64,000 nucleotides of DNA. It comes from a virus. The stretch lies in the IMG/VR virus record IMGVR_UViG_3300031521_000012, positions 32,001 through 96,000 of that record; one strand, written 5' to 3'. Positions 1 through 11,641 of this stretch are shown here, piece after piece. Positions within the stretch are counted from its first letter, which is position 1; each line of letters opens with the position of its first letter. Below the pieces are notes generated by a model. That model searched no databases, had not been told where the DNA came from, and saw nothing but the letters and a program-made list of their open reading frames with translations. The position numbers and the translations under genes were made by a program.

Positions 1-141
1 AGTCGATAGTGCAAGATAAACACATAAGCCTTCACAAATATATGTTGTTTTATTAAACTGTTCGCTCTTATCATTAATCAAGAAATCAAGCATTAACATA
101 TAGATTTGATTGCGTAATTCTTTAGTTAGTTCCATGATTGT

Positions 142-831
142 TTATTTATCAAAAAATTCGTCATTACAATGAGAGCAACCACAAGAAATGATCTCTCCAT
201 CAGCATCAATCTCTATTTCACAATCTAATTTTCTACCACAATAAGGACAGATAGTAACATCTATTTTTGCTAATCCTATTTTTGCTGTGGATATATTATT
301 ATCGGTAGTGATTAGATTATCTAATAAATTTAATCTATTCATATGTTCATCACATGCACCTACCTTAACTTGAATCCAATCTGGTTCATTAGCACGATAG
401 TCAAGTCTTGCACCACGTCCATATTCATTATTAAACATCATTACCACTTGTTGTCCTTCTTCTTTACTATCAACAAACATACTGATGTTATGATTATAAC
501 CATTAAGTCCTTCCTTACCACATATAAAGCAAGGAACATTTGATTCTAAGCCAATACCTCTTGAATGAACATTAACATGATTAATAGTAGCATCGTCATT
601 CAATGGTTCATCGAATGGTCTGCCGAAGTTTGATGATTTATTATTGCTAGTGTTATCATCAATTGCCATATCATCTTCAAACTTAGCTGCATTATCAGGA
701 GCATTAAGATAGAAATCGATAATCATGTTAGATTCTTCAATATTTTCTCGAATAGCGCAATTATTATCGATATTTGTCATTTCGAGAAAATCCATTAATA
801 ATTTTCTGACTTCTTCCTTAGTTATTTTCAT
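142..831 (-). CDS. hypothetical phage protein with CxxC zinc-ribbon motifs
   Basis: 229-aa ORF; CFIC, CPYC and CSHC motifs. Confidence 0.6.
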   Translation of the reverse strand: MKITKEEVRKLLMDFLEMTNIDNNCAIRENIEESNMIIDFYLNAPDNAAKFEDDMAIDDNTSNNKSSNFGRPFDEPLNDDATINHVNVHSRGIGLESNVPCFICGKEGLNGYNHNISMFVDSKEEGQQVVMMFNNEYGRGARLDYRANEPDWIQVKVGACDEHMNRLNLLDNLITTDNNISTAKIGLAKIDVTICPYCGRKLDCEIEIDADGEIISCGCSHCNDEFFDK

Positions 832-852
832 GATATTTTTAATTAAAAATTG

Positions 853-2509
853 TTATTTACTAAAATACTTAGCCATTATGGGTTCGATACTACCTTGACA
901 ACCATTACAATGATGCGTAGTATTGTATCTTATGGAATCTTCCACATATGTATTAGTATTTGTATTAACCCAAGCAAGTTTCATTATATCATATGAGCCA
1001 CACTCACGACAACACAATAATTCATCGTTGGTTATTATTCCTGTATGAACGATAACTGCATTGGTAAAATCATAGTCTACTTCGCATACATAGATAATTC
1101 TTGTATCATCATGAAAAGAATCAGAAATAACATTTTCATTATTGATTGAAGTTTTATACCATCGACTTGCATGTGGATTATCTTGTTGATAATATAATGC
1201 TTCATTATAAGTAAATTCCTTTGGCTTACCAACTTGAGTCATTATTGGCTTAAATTCTTTAAGCCATTCCAGATATGTTATTTTCCTTGTCATAATATTT
1301 TTAATTAAAAATTGTTATTGAAATAGTTTCCAAGTGCCATCGAGTTTATTAATCATCATCACGCCACGTCTGGACTTGTCCTTGTCATAACGATTTTCTA
1401 AGAATAGATAATCTTCTGACTCTATGGATTTACTTGTATCACAATAGAATTCTTTGGTTTCGATGTTATAGTACTTACTATCAACAGAAAAGATACATGA
1501 GTTTTTAACCAGATATGGACTTCTAAAGCTATCCTGCACATATTTTTCATTTCCATTTTTATCTAGTATGCACCATTTGCTTTCCAAGTATTTGGGGTCA
1601 ACCTTAGCACCACGTTTCTTTTGTGAATCCAATATGCTTTTATCATAGAATGCTTCAACGTGTTTTAATAACATGAAGTATCCATTTGGATTTGGCTTAC
1701 TGTCACCCATTCCACCTATGCGATAGAGTGTAGTACCTACCAATTCGCCATTTCGTGTTAGACAAATGAAATCATTCTCATGAATATTCCACTTAGCACG
1801 ATAGTCTGCATTGATATCAATTTTGCTATATTGTAAGCCTGAACCTATTAGTGATTCCGTTTTTATTAGTTGCACGTTCATGTTATTTTTTATTAGAATT
1901 TAGATAAGTCACCCTTCCAGTTTTCAACAGTTGTTGAGGAAGTTACAAAACAATAGCCTTTACCTCTTACGCAAGGATTACTAACATGATAATCTGTTTC
2001 ATCAAGACAATACATTTGATCTGAATAGTCTTTATGCCAATCAGTGCTATTGGTTTGATCGTTCATGCGTTTAACCTCTGCATCTGCATCAGCTTCTTGC
2101 ATTTGACCGATATGTTCACCAATAAAAGTAATTAATGTTTTTTTCATGGTTGATGGTTTTACTTATATCTATAATACGTATGAACACTATCAAATGTTAC
2201 AAACTTAATTGTTTTTATCTTGAAATTCATTCCCACATTTTAAGCATCATCATTCGCATCTAGTAAAATATGCTCAGTTCCACCACAATAGGGACAAATT
2301 GGGTCGTGAATATCATTGGCATCAATATTACTAATTTCAATAGTGCTATTGGCTACCTTTTTATATGTTTTTAGATATTCATTATAATCCTTCTGCCAGC
2401 TACAACCATCTTTCCCATATTCCAAAGTTATTACTAAGTCAGCTCTTACAAGCAATTTCTCTGCTTTAGCTAATTTTTCGTTTAGCTGTTTTAAATATTC
2501 TTCACTCAT
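853..2509 (-). CDS. four tightly packed hypothetical ORFs (853-1293, 1315-1881, 1893-2147, 2240-2509)
   Basis: Co-oriented ATG-started ORFs with short A/T-rich spacers; no recognisable motifs except CxxC pairs. Confidence 0.6.
2170..2202 (-). promoter_or_regulatory. phage ECF-like promoter TTGTAAC-N17-CGTATTATA (copy 1 of 18)
   Basis: Intergenic, upstream of 1893-2147; same motif and 17-nt spacer as 17 other sites. Confidence 0.8.
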
Positions 2510-2521
2510 GATATTTGTGTT

Positions 2522-3420
2522 TTAATTGTTATTAGTAATTACTAATTCTAGTGGTGTAATTTCAGCTAGGCTATATTTAACATCATCTTTGCTCACCACA
2601 TTAAGAAATGTAACTAATTGCTCACGATTTAGATAAATTTGATTTTCCGCCACTTTTCCCGAATACTTAATCGAATATCGATCATTATTCAAATTATTAT
2701 TAACAACCCTAGCTCTATTAATAATTCTATACACAGGACAGCCAGTAACAGAATCATTATGATTAAGATCGCATATCAAATGTCTGTTTTCGAAATTAAG
2801 GGCATTTATCATGCCTGAGAAAGATAGCTTATCCATTGTTTATTATTCTCCAAGTATTAATTCTATTTCTGTTTTGAATGAAGATACAATCATATATCTT
2901 TTATCTGGTGTATGACAGAAATTAATATATGCAATAACTTCATCCAGCTTATATGAAGCAGATGTTTTCGAAATATCATCAGTAACGATGTAATAATCAC
3001 CGCCCTTTTCTATTCTTACTAGCGAATTAATGGCACTTATTTCTAAATGACAGCTACGTAGTTCTATTTCAGAATAAGCGCCTATTGCTTTAATCAGTTC
3101 TTCGGCATTTGCCTTATATTTGGAGTTATTCATCGCTGATCGTATATTTCCCATGTTGTTTAATATTTATTACGCATTTCAAAATTCCATACACCATGCT
3201 TTATATTCATTAGAATAATAATTAGCTTTTCTTCATTTACAATATCGCCTGAATGTGGCGTTGATACATGAAATAGGTCAGTGGCAATAATTTTTTGAAT
3301 ATTAGTATACCTCATACTATCATAACCATTAAGAGTTATTGATAATACCTGATCATAACCAATTTTATTTAAAAACTCTTTGGCTTGTTCTTCGGTTAAT
3401 GGTAGTTTAGGGGTTTCCAT
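2522..3420 (-). CDS. three small hypothetical ORFs (2522-2836, 2843-3154, 3160-3420), probable divergent paralogs of 6285-6725 and 6728-6979
   Basis: Similar size, N-terminal L[S/T]xxxxIxxI pattern, and E-I/L-E-L/I C-termini in several. Confidence 0.55.
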
Positions 3421-3443
3421 TGGAAATAATTATTGGTTATATC

Positions 3444-3476
3444 TATTATACGTATGAGATAGCGAAAAGGTTACAA
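3444..3476 (-). promoter_or_regulatory. phage ECF-like promoter
   Basis: TTGTAAC CTTTTCGCTATCTCATA CGTATAATA on the minus strand. Confidence 0.8.
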
Positions 3477-3508
3477 AAAACGCTGATAAATATTATCTAC
3501 CAGCGTTT
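3475..3508 (-). terminator. intrinsic terminator abutting the next promoter
   Basis: AAACGCTG...CAGCGTTT stem followed by a U-tract on the minus strand, downstream of 3530-3886. Confidence 0.65.
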
Positions 3509-3529
3509 AAATGCGTTTTATTGATTAGA

Positions 3530-3886
3530 TTAACCAATTATTTTGTTTAGCTTTTCGTTTTCGAGTCTTATTTTATTGTGAATATATGATAAGCCATCGT
3601 ATATTCTCCTGAATTTTGTAAGTATATCATCTGGTTGTGCATTAGCTTTTCTCTCACCATTATCACAATCTACAATACCATCACCACTAAGCCTATTTCC
3701 GAAATATTCTAATCTTTGTACTTCAATATCGTAACTCATTACAATATTTTCAAATTTAATGATTAAGTCCTCGAATTCTGAATCGGTGACTTTAACGCAA
3801 GATTTAGATGCGCCAGAGCAATCATCATTATTGTTATATCCGCTGTTGTTGCTAGCCCTATTGTTTTTTAACGTACTGTTTTCCAT
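3530..3886 (-). CDS. hypothetical helical protein; C-terminus resembles that of 28760-29278
   Basis: QPDDILTKF...EKLNKIIG versus EPQGFIEEL...QLLNRII. Confidence 0.6.
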   Translation of the reverse strand: MENSTLKNNRASNNSGYNNNDDCSGASKSCVKVTDSEFEDLIIKFENIVMSYDIEVQRLEYFGNRLSGDGIVDCDNGERKANAQPDDILTKFRRIYDGLSYIHNKIRLENEKLNKIIG

Positions 3887-3906
3887 TGTTTATATATTTT
3901 ATATAA

Positions 3907-3937
3907 CAAAGATATTATATATTATTAAAACAAGCAA
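3907..3937 (-). promoter_or_regulatory. Bacteroidota housekeeping-type promoter (-33 TTG / -7 TAnnTTTG)
   Basis: TTG-N20-TATCTTTG, 20 nt upstream of the ATG at 3886. Confidence 0.6.
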
Positions 3938-3958
3938 GGATTTTTCATAAAATAATAA

Positions 3959-6900
3959 TTATTTTTTTATCGTTTGAATTGGGTCGAATGCACCTTTTTC
4001 GTACTGGTCGATACAACTTCTATTCGGTAAATATAATGGACATTTATGTTCGATACATTTCCCAATGCATTCATAATATATTTTTAACTTTTCTGCTCTT
4101 TTTTCATTTTCAATTGCCAGATCATCCAATGCACGTTTGATATTTTCGGTTTCAATATCCATTAAAATATCTTCTTCGGCTTGTTGAAATCCCATAGCTT
4201 CACGTTCCTCTTGTTCAGCTATTCCAATCCAAACATCGATTTCCTCTTGTTCTGCTTCTTGTTCGGCTAACCATTGAAAATATCTTTCTTCGGCTAGTTT
4301 TACTTCTTCTTTGAATTCTTCATCAGACATGCCGAATGGCTGATAATAAGGGATATAAGGCTCTTCCATTGTATTATATTATTGAGAGAGAACTGTAATT
4401 GTTGTTTTTACTATTGGTGTGGAATAGTCCAGAATTGCATCACATATACTGCATTTATACACAATATGATTTGTTTTGTCTTTCTTATTTACATAGCCAC
4501 CAACATAAACCAATGCCACGTGAATGCTTCTAGGAGCATCTTTTTGTTCATCGTCATATCTGTGTTTACATTTAACTTTTTTCATGATATACTATTTTAG
4601 TTCTCTTCTTAATTCAGTGATGATCGTATATTTATTTTCATATTGAAGTTTTGTATGCTTTATATGATTTTCATTATATCTATGTAAAACATCTACAACA
4701 TCCTTTTTACATAAGATTGCAATATCTTTACCATCTGAATGAAATAATTCATATTCGTTTTTGCATTTCTTTTTGAAATAACACTTAAGACCATAGCTTG
4801 GAATAAATTCCACTTCCAATTCGGTTAATGGTTTATCTAATACATGCATTATTTCTTTTATATGTTCTGCTGTTAGTATCATAATATTATATTTAGTTTA
4901 ATGATATATTATATTTTTCCTTATATGTTAAAAGTCCAGCATGTTTGTAATGCAATAATGCTTCAGGTGGATAATCATGGGTAATGTTTTCTTGTGAAGA
5001 AAGTGGAATACACTCAACATTATGATCGTTATAGTTAACAACCATCAACGGAAACTCTGGATTTGATTTTAGAAATACAATTTCAAATATATCGAAATCA
5101 TCAGTTGTTGTATGCCTGATAGTATATTGCCATTTGCATTTGCGTAGGTCATTAGTATTAAATTTATTGCTCTTATATATCATCATTTTCTTCTATTAAA
5201 TAATTATCAATCACGTGCTTATAATACTTCTTTTCGCAAAACCTAACAGCTTTTTTAACCGTAGTAAATACTTTTTTATCGACAGCCATTATGCCCTGAT
5301 ATGGTATAAGCTGATATACTTGTAGCAAATCGTTACCAAGAATACCAAAAAACACTTTGGTTTTATATTTAGGAGTATAGGCATAATATGCAAATCTTTC
5401 ACCTGCAAATTGATCTTTTCTCCAAACTAAAGGTCTGACCTTATATGATTTACCATTCTTCATACGTCAGTTCATTTAGTTTTATATCTTCAAGTATCAT
5501 TAAGAATTTAGCTAAGGTTTCTTTTTCTAACGTGCAGTTAGTAGTAGAGCACATAGCTAATGTTGGTATCTCAGGCATTACAATATAAGTCTGCTTCATT
5601 TTAATAACAGGATACATATATTCTGCAGATTCAATACTATCCTTCGTTATATCTACGTATATTTGATTTTCAAATTGTTTTTCGACTTCCCTGCGAATTA
5701 TGCGTAGTTCAGGATAGAATATGACATTACTATTGGTAATTCTACTCCAATTTAATAAAACCTGTGCAGCATTAATTGTTTCAATCATCGTTGTTTTTAT
5801 TTAAAAAGTAATCATGTTATATTTCTTCAACAATCCAATCACTTATGCTAGTTTCTCCCATAACTTGACCACGTGAATATTGGCAATCTACATATACTAT
5901 TTTATCTTTTGTTAGCTTATGTATAATACTGTTATTTTCACAATAAACTATAAATGTAGCATAGTTACTTCTTATTGCAGAAGATAATCCATGCACAGTA
6001 GTTTGGTATATTTTACCTCTTTTACTTAAGTTACTTCCATGATATTTATGTGGTTGATAATACATTCCAGTTGGAACATGCTTTAGTTTATATGGATTCA
6101 TAGTGTGATAATTGACTGATATATATATATGAAAAGAAATATGATACATAAATGATAGATATATGATTATCATCATGATAACACAAATGATTTTTTTGAT
6201 TAATGTTTTACTGTTCATGTATAATGAGTAAAACATAAACTCAAAAATGTATAAAAATATTAAGTCGAATATTACACTCATGTTTTATTTTTTGTCAAAA
6301 ATTTCACTCCAACAGTATCCCATAACGCATCCAATACCCCATGAAATATAATTAGGTGCTGTAAAAAAATGATCTAGTGCAATCATAACTGCTGTGCATG
6401 CTGCCCAATACAGTCCGTTGATGATAAATTTTTTCATAGAGTTGTTATTTTTAATTAATCTAATATGTTTGATGTCTTGATATTCCTCAGAAATAAGAAT
6501 AAAATTTATTGTTTCTTCTTCAATGAGAAATTCTTTAAGATCAGTTTTACAATAAGAACGATATGATTCTTGAGTTAAGGGATTATAGCATCTATAGCCA
6601 TGTGCATAGGTTTTAATAGCATAAATAAGATCGCTTTTTCCAGTAAATTCCAGCCTATTATTTATATTAATAGAATTAATAAGATGGTCAAGAGTGCATT
6701 TTATTAGCTTAATTTTATTTTTCACGGTTATTTTGTTATTTCGATTTCTTCCTTAGTTTCAGTTATGAGAGTATAGATGGTATGGCGATCATTTTTATAC
6801 AAATGTAATATCAAATCATCAATTTTATAATGAAACATAGTTTTGGCATTTACATGCTCAACAGTATAATCATCCCAATTTTTTCTTATAACCTCAATAA

Positions 6901-7209
6901 AGCCAGAGTTTTGACACTCAAGCCTTGTGTTTTTAGTAATACTACTAATCACTTGCGATACACTAAGTCTGCTTTTCATGATGTTTTATTATTAAACCAA
7001 TCCCTAATAGTATCGAGTACATCATAAGACATATTAAATATATTCTGTGCAGCATCAGCACCTTTGTTCCCCCAAATAATCCACGATAACGGCATTATAA
7101 CAATCAACGAAACAAAATACGCTGTCGTCACTGTCAAATATACTATAGTGAATACGACTTGTATTAGTCGCAATATAATATTGAAAATAAACTTACCTAC
7201 TGTATTCAT
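3959..7209 (-). CDS. run of about 10 small hypothetical ORFs (some membrane-associated)
   Basis: Abutting or overlapping minus-strand ORFs in the ORF track; hydrophobic stretches in 5817-6281, 6285-6725 and 6976-7209. Confidence 0.6.
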
Positions 7210-7997
7210 TGTGCCATTTTATAAATTCAACAACTGCTTCCCAACAAGCATCAATTAATGTATCTGCTTGATGTAGCGAAAAACCATTTAAACTTACCAT
7301 TATTTGTCCTGTTTCATCATTTAGCATTCCAAAGGAACGTGGATATGAATGCTCAACATAGACAATTCCATCACCAACTTTTATCCTGCAAATCTTTTCA
7401 ACTACTGCCATTAATCCATTCCAATCTTTATGAAAGTATAGTTGATCTTCATCACAACCATTTACATTATCGATTTCACATTCTTGCCATAGAGTTTCTA
7501 TATTGCCATTAAGTTTAAATGGTAATAGCTTTGCTCCCATGTATATAGCGATAAGTTTATTTCCTTCGAGTACTTCTACAAGTGCTTTCATAATACTATG
7601 GATTTGATCGACCTATGTTTTTGTTATACCAGTTGATATATTTAACAACAGCTTTCCATACTGCTTCAATTTTAGACTCTGATGAACTACTGACAAATGC
7701 GCCACCAATATAATCAACAGAAGCTCTATTTGGATAGAATATAACAAACCATTTATAAATAATATCAACCTTATTTACCTTAATAATTATGCTCATTGGA
7801 ACTTTGCTCTCGTCTTCAATCTTATTAACAACAAGCATTAACCAATCCCATGAACGATCATACATTAATTGATTGGGTTCAAATATTAATCCCGATTCAT
7901 CATCAAGCATATATCTTCCATACATGGTTTTTTTTGCACCAATGTAAATGGCAATTAGCTCGTTGCCGATTGTAATTTCTTCTGGTTCTTGCATCAC
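7193..7997 (-). CDS. two paralogous proteins (7193-7591, 7596-7997) of the GNxLIA...YxxxWxWLMxVVxKI family (ABA-sandwich-like phage domain)
   Basis: Shared GN[K/E]LIAIY[M/I]GAK, F/Y-x3-W-x2-LM-x-VV-x-KI and W-x-AVV-x-F/Y-I-x-W motifs. Confidence 0.65.
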
Positions 7998-8407
7998 TTA
8001 TATTTTTTGATGATATCAATAAGTTTTTTTAAAATATTCAAATCGACTTTATCTCTTTGCTGAATTTCATATAGCTTATTGATTTGTGATTCTTTTAACC
8101 ATCCCAAATTCTTTTGTGCCATAAGACCAGTTAAAAAGCCATGATCGCTACTATTAGCTGTTAACTTAAGTTGTTTACGAATCATGGTGAATATGCCATG
8201 CATACGACCTTCTGGTGCTCTTTCGCATTCAGGCGTATCTTTTACATAGATCAATACCTTGCAAACTAAAGGATCACTCAATGCACGATTTAATGATGTT
8301 GGAATATCAATTCTTGAAATGTTAGTATCTGCGACATACTCCCATAGCTTATCTTTAGGTATTATTTTTTTTATCCGTATCATTTGATAATTATTAGTGT
8401 TAATATC

Positions 8408-8440
8408 TATTATACGTATGAGAGTATGAAAAGGTTACAA
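8408..8440 (-). promoter_or_regulatory. phage ECF-like promoter
   Basis: TTGTAAC-N17-CGTATAATA upstream of 7994-8383. Confidence 0.8.
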
Positions 8441-9145
8441 ATCATCACTTTTATTTTTTGATTTTATATTCAATTTTATCAAAAAATAAAAGTGATCTAT
8501 TGATGAACCTACGGTGTTTAATCAATTTGTTTTGTTCTGATCGAGATTCATCATTTAGAATTTTATATGTACGTTCTGCTTCAAAATGATCAGGATAGAT
8601 TTGCAATTCCCATTCATTTATTTCATCTTCGACAGTATCTACTTCCCTAGCCAATAAAAACATAATATATTTATGCACCTTTTGACCGATGATATTCTGG
8701 CAATTATCAATTTCAGTAATTAGTAATTGATACACAGCGATTTTATCTTCAATCTTAGCAAGATCAGCTTGTAATAGGGTATAGTTTTCATCATCACAGC
8801 TATAGCCACTTCGATTAAAAGCATTGATTAGTGTACTCGATTTAAATCCTAACGCAGTTATCTTCTCATGAATCAAATCCTTTAGTAAGTCAACATATAT
8901 TCTATCCATGATTAATCTTGTTTAAATGTTAATATAATACCGATGCCCGCTTCGATCTCAAAAACACAGTCATTGCCACGATAGCCTCTGTAAACAGTAA
9001 TCTGGCTATTGGTTGATATTTGCTTCTTTTCTTCATTAATTGTATCAACTTGTGTTGGGGAATTTTTATATTCTGGATTAGTAATATAATAATTCATATT
9101 TCTATCTTTACCTACTTGAATTGATGTTATAATATTTGCCATAGC

Positions 9146-9883
9146 TTATTTATTATACACTTTATTATACCATTCAACCACCAAGACCACCATTTTCCAA
9201 ACACATTCGATTTTAGTTAAGTCAGAATCAAAAATATTACTATTAACTAAATCACCAGATACTCTTAGTTTGCTATGACTTTTATAATAGATTGCTTCAT
9301 AAAACAATGATGAATCATCTTCATTCTTATAATTTGCATATACATGGCTTTCAGTTATATGAAATCCAGCACAGTCAGGTAGATTTTCAAGTTTTTGAAC
9401 AATAGGCATTAACCATTCCCATGTATTGTGATAAATAAATTCGTTTGGTTCAAATATACCACAACCATCTTGCATGTAATATCCTTGTGGATATGCTTCT
9501 GGTGCATCATTAATAAATTCCCATCCATCAAATAATGCAATAAGTTCGTTTCCTCTTAAAATTTCTTCTGATGTTAGCGCCATTTTTTTATATGTTTGAG
9601 TATTATAGCTTTCAATATAATTCACAACTTGTGTCCAAGTGTACCGAATATTTACTTCTAACACACCTTCTTTGATTTCGCTGATTGAAATACCAGAAAC
9701 AGGCATTTCATTAAGAATTTTCTTAACAACAGGCATTAGCCAATTCCATTCAGCATGGTATTTAGCCCACGTTTTAATTGGTTCACACCTTTCGGAACTT
9801 GTTTCAACGTTAACTTCATCACCGTTTTTATAACCCATAAATTTGGCAATTAATTCGTTACCTATATAGATATTCGTTATCAT
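9146..9883 (-). CDS. protein with two tandem copies of the GNELIA...WxWLMP domain
   Basis: GNELIAKFMG..YHAEWNWLMPVVKKI and GNELIALFDG..YHNTWEWLMPIVQKL. Confidence 0.65.
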   Translation of the reverse strand: MITNIYIGNELIAKFMGYKNGDEVNVETSSERCEPIKTWAKYHAEWNWLMPVVKKILNEMPVSGISISEIKEGVLEVNIRYTWTQVVNYIESYNTQTYKKMALTSEEILRGNELIALFDGWEFINDAPEAYPQGYYMQDGCGIFEPNEFIYHNTWEWLMPIVQKLENLPDCAGFHITESHVYANYKNEDDSSLFYEAIYYKSHSKLRVSGDLVNSNIFDSDLTKIECVWKMVVLVVEWYNKVYNK

Positions 9884-10158
9884 TTGCTTTCCCTTTCTCC
9901 ATCAATAAATGCTTGTTGTGTAGCCCGACTAAACTTAATCAGGTCTTCGAGTGTTAGATCATAATAACCTCTCACATATAATTCAATTGCACCAATCATA
10001 TCCGATAATTCACATATGGTTAGTATTTTATCTCCTTGCTCAATAGCATCCAACAATTCCAAATATTCTTCGGTTATTTTAGATACTTCACCTATTTTGC
10101 CTTTAGGAATTTTATTTTTATGATATGCCATATTATTCTTTCTTTTTAAATAATGCAA
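9880..10158 (-). CDS. MazG-like all-alpha NTP pyrophosphohydrolase
   Basis: KITEEYLELLDA...ELSDMIG matches the EExxE...ExxD pattern. Confidence 0.55.
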   Translation of the reverse strand: MHYLKRKNNMAYHKNKIPKGKIGEVSKITEEYLELLDAIEQGDKILTICELSDMIGAIELYVRGYYDLTLEDLIKFSRATQQAFIDGERESK

Positions 10159-10422
10159 TCAATTCCTGCTGTTTTTCATTAGTCATGAACCTATCAATAT
10201 CAGCTTCAATTTTTTTATAAATTCCTTCCCCATAATTTCCCAACGGACACCAATCAGGAATTGGAACTTCTTCTACTATTGGGTCAGTCTTATGTACAAT
10301 TAATTTATGACACATACGACATTCAACATTAATTTCATATTGACGTGGTAATATAGAAGCAATTGCTTCCATATGGGGCATTCATTACAGCTATCAATTT
10401 TTATTATCTTTGTCATAATATT

Positions 10423-10980
10423 TTATTTTATCAATCCTAATTCAATTCCGTTGATGGTGCTGGAAAATCTTGGTTCAGCACAGCCAGTACCATAAATCCA
10501 ATGAAGAAAGCTTGTTCGTCTTATTCCATAGCTTCCTAACTCAATATTATTTACTTTAATATCGAATTGCTGATTACCAGTGCATTCAATATAGCAGTCA
10601 GGTAATCTACCACGAAAGAAGAACATCGCAGTATCAACTAATTTAGTTAATTCACTACCAGTTACATCATCAGTTATGATAAGTTCGTTCTTCATGAAGT
10701 ATTTCGTATGCGTTTCATCAAATTCTTCAAACCTAAAACATGGTGTGATTGTTTGATACTTGCCTTTAGTTAAAAAACATTTAAGATATTGATAGAGAAA
10801 CGACTGCTCGCCTGATGCAACCAAACACTTATCATTATGCTTTAACTGCATGTTAATTCTGTCTTTGGGCTTGGTGATATCATCAATAGCTTTACTGACA
10901 GTCCACGGTGTTTCAATACGTGTGAAGCCACATGCTTCGTAGTACTTAACTGATTCATCCAATATTTTATAATCGATCAT
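10423..10980 (-). CDS. stand-alone class II aminoacyl-tRNA-synthetase-like catalytic domain (SerRS-like, truncated)
   Basis: Motif 1 GFTRIETP, ASGEQ, motif 2 PCFRFE...FMKNEL, IELGSYG, motif 3 GTGCAEPR; only 185 aa with no tRNA-binding domain. Confidence 0.7.
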   Translation of the reverse strand: MIDYKILDESVKYYEACGFTRIETPWTVSKAIDDITKPKDRINMQLKHNDKCLVASGEQSFLYQYLKCFLTKGKYQTITPCFRFEEFDETHTKYFMKNELIITDDVTGSELTKLVDTAMFFFRGRLPDCYIECTGNQQFDIKVNNIELGSYGIRRTSFLHWIYGTGCAEPRFSSTINGIELGLIK

Positions 10981-11641
10981 CGGTTTTTATTTAGAAATTT
11001 CTATTGTAAATGTTTTCATATGTAATTATTTTAAATGTTTAGGTTTTCTAAAAATTAGATAGAATGGAAATAAAACCCATGCTATAATATAGCCTAGAAG
11101 GGTACATAGCATAACCAAAATGAATATTGGTATTACGATGAAAGCTCTAGCTATTAATAATAATATTTCTGTTTTTTGTAAACTATTTTTCATTTTTATA
11201 TAAATTTTTCGTTACAAATACTACATATGTAAGTCATGTCGTTATCACTTCCACATAAAATCATTGCTGATCTACCATCAGGAAGTATATGATTACAACT
11301 ATTTACAACAGGTACTTTGGGATTTGCGTTTAAGAACGTATTAAGCTCTTTCATATCAAATTCACTTAATTTACCAAATACACAAACACCATCCCCATCA
11401 AAGTATCTATCAATAACAGTAATGGTATAATTTTTAAACATATCGATTAATGCTTTATTGTTTTTTTCCTTAGTGGCAAAAATTTGAATATATTTAAGCC
11501 AAAATGGATTATACACTAAAGTAATCTTATCGTTAGCCATTAAATGTAATGCAAACTTAATATCGATATTGATAATAATATCACCATGTGCTGTATTAAT
11601 AATTAAATCAGCAGATGTTTTTCCATAGAATTTCTTCATGA

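Noticed and set aside
833-1319. Identical 25-bp spacer ATATTTTTAATTAAAAATTGTTATT at two gene junctions, with similar TTTTTAATTAAAA elsewhere
   Set aside because: Best explained as AT-rich SD-less translation-initiation leaders; low complexity makes an operator claim unsupported
5817-6725. Apparent gene fusions (5817-6281, 6285-6725; also the 52615 N-extension) as programmed read-through
   Set aside because: Internal ATGs with A-rich leaders suggest separate genes joined by chance or by single-base indels; cannot be distinguished from sequence error
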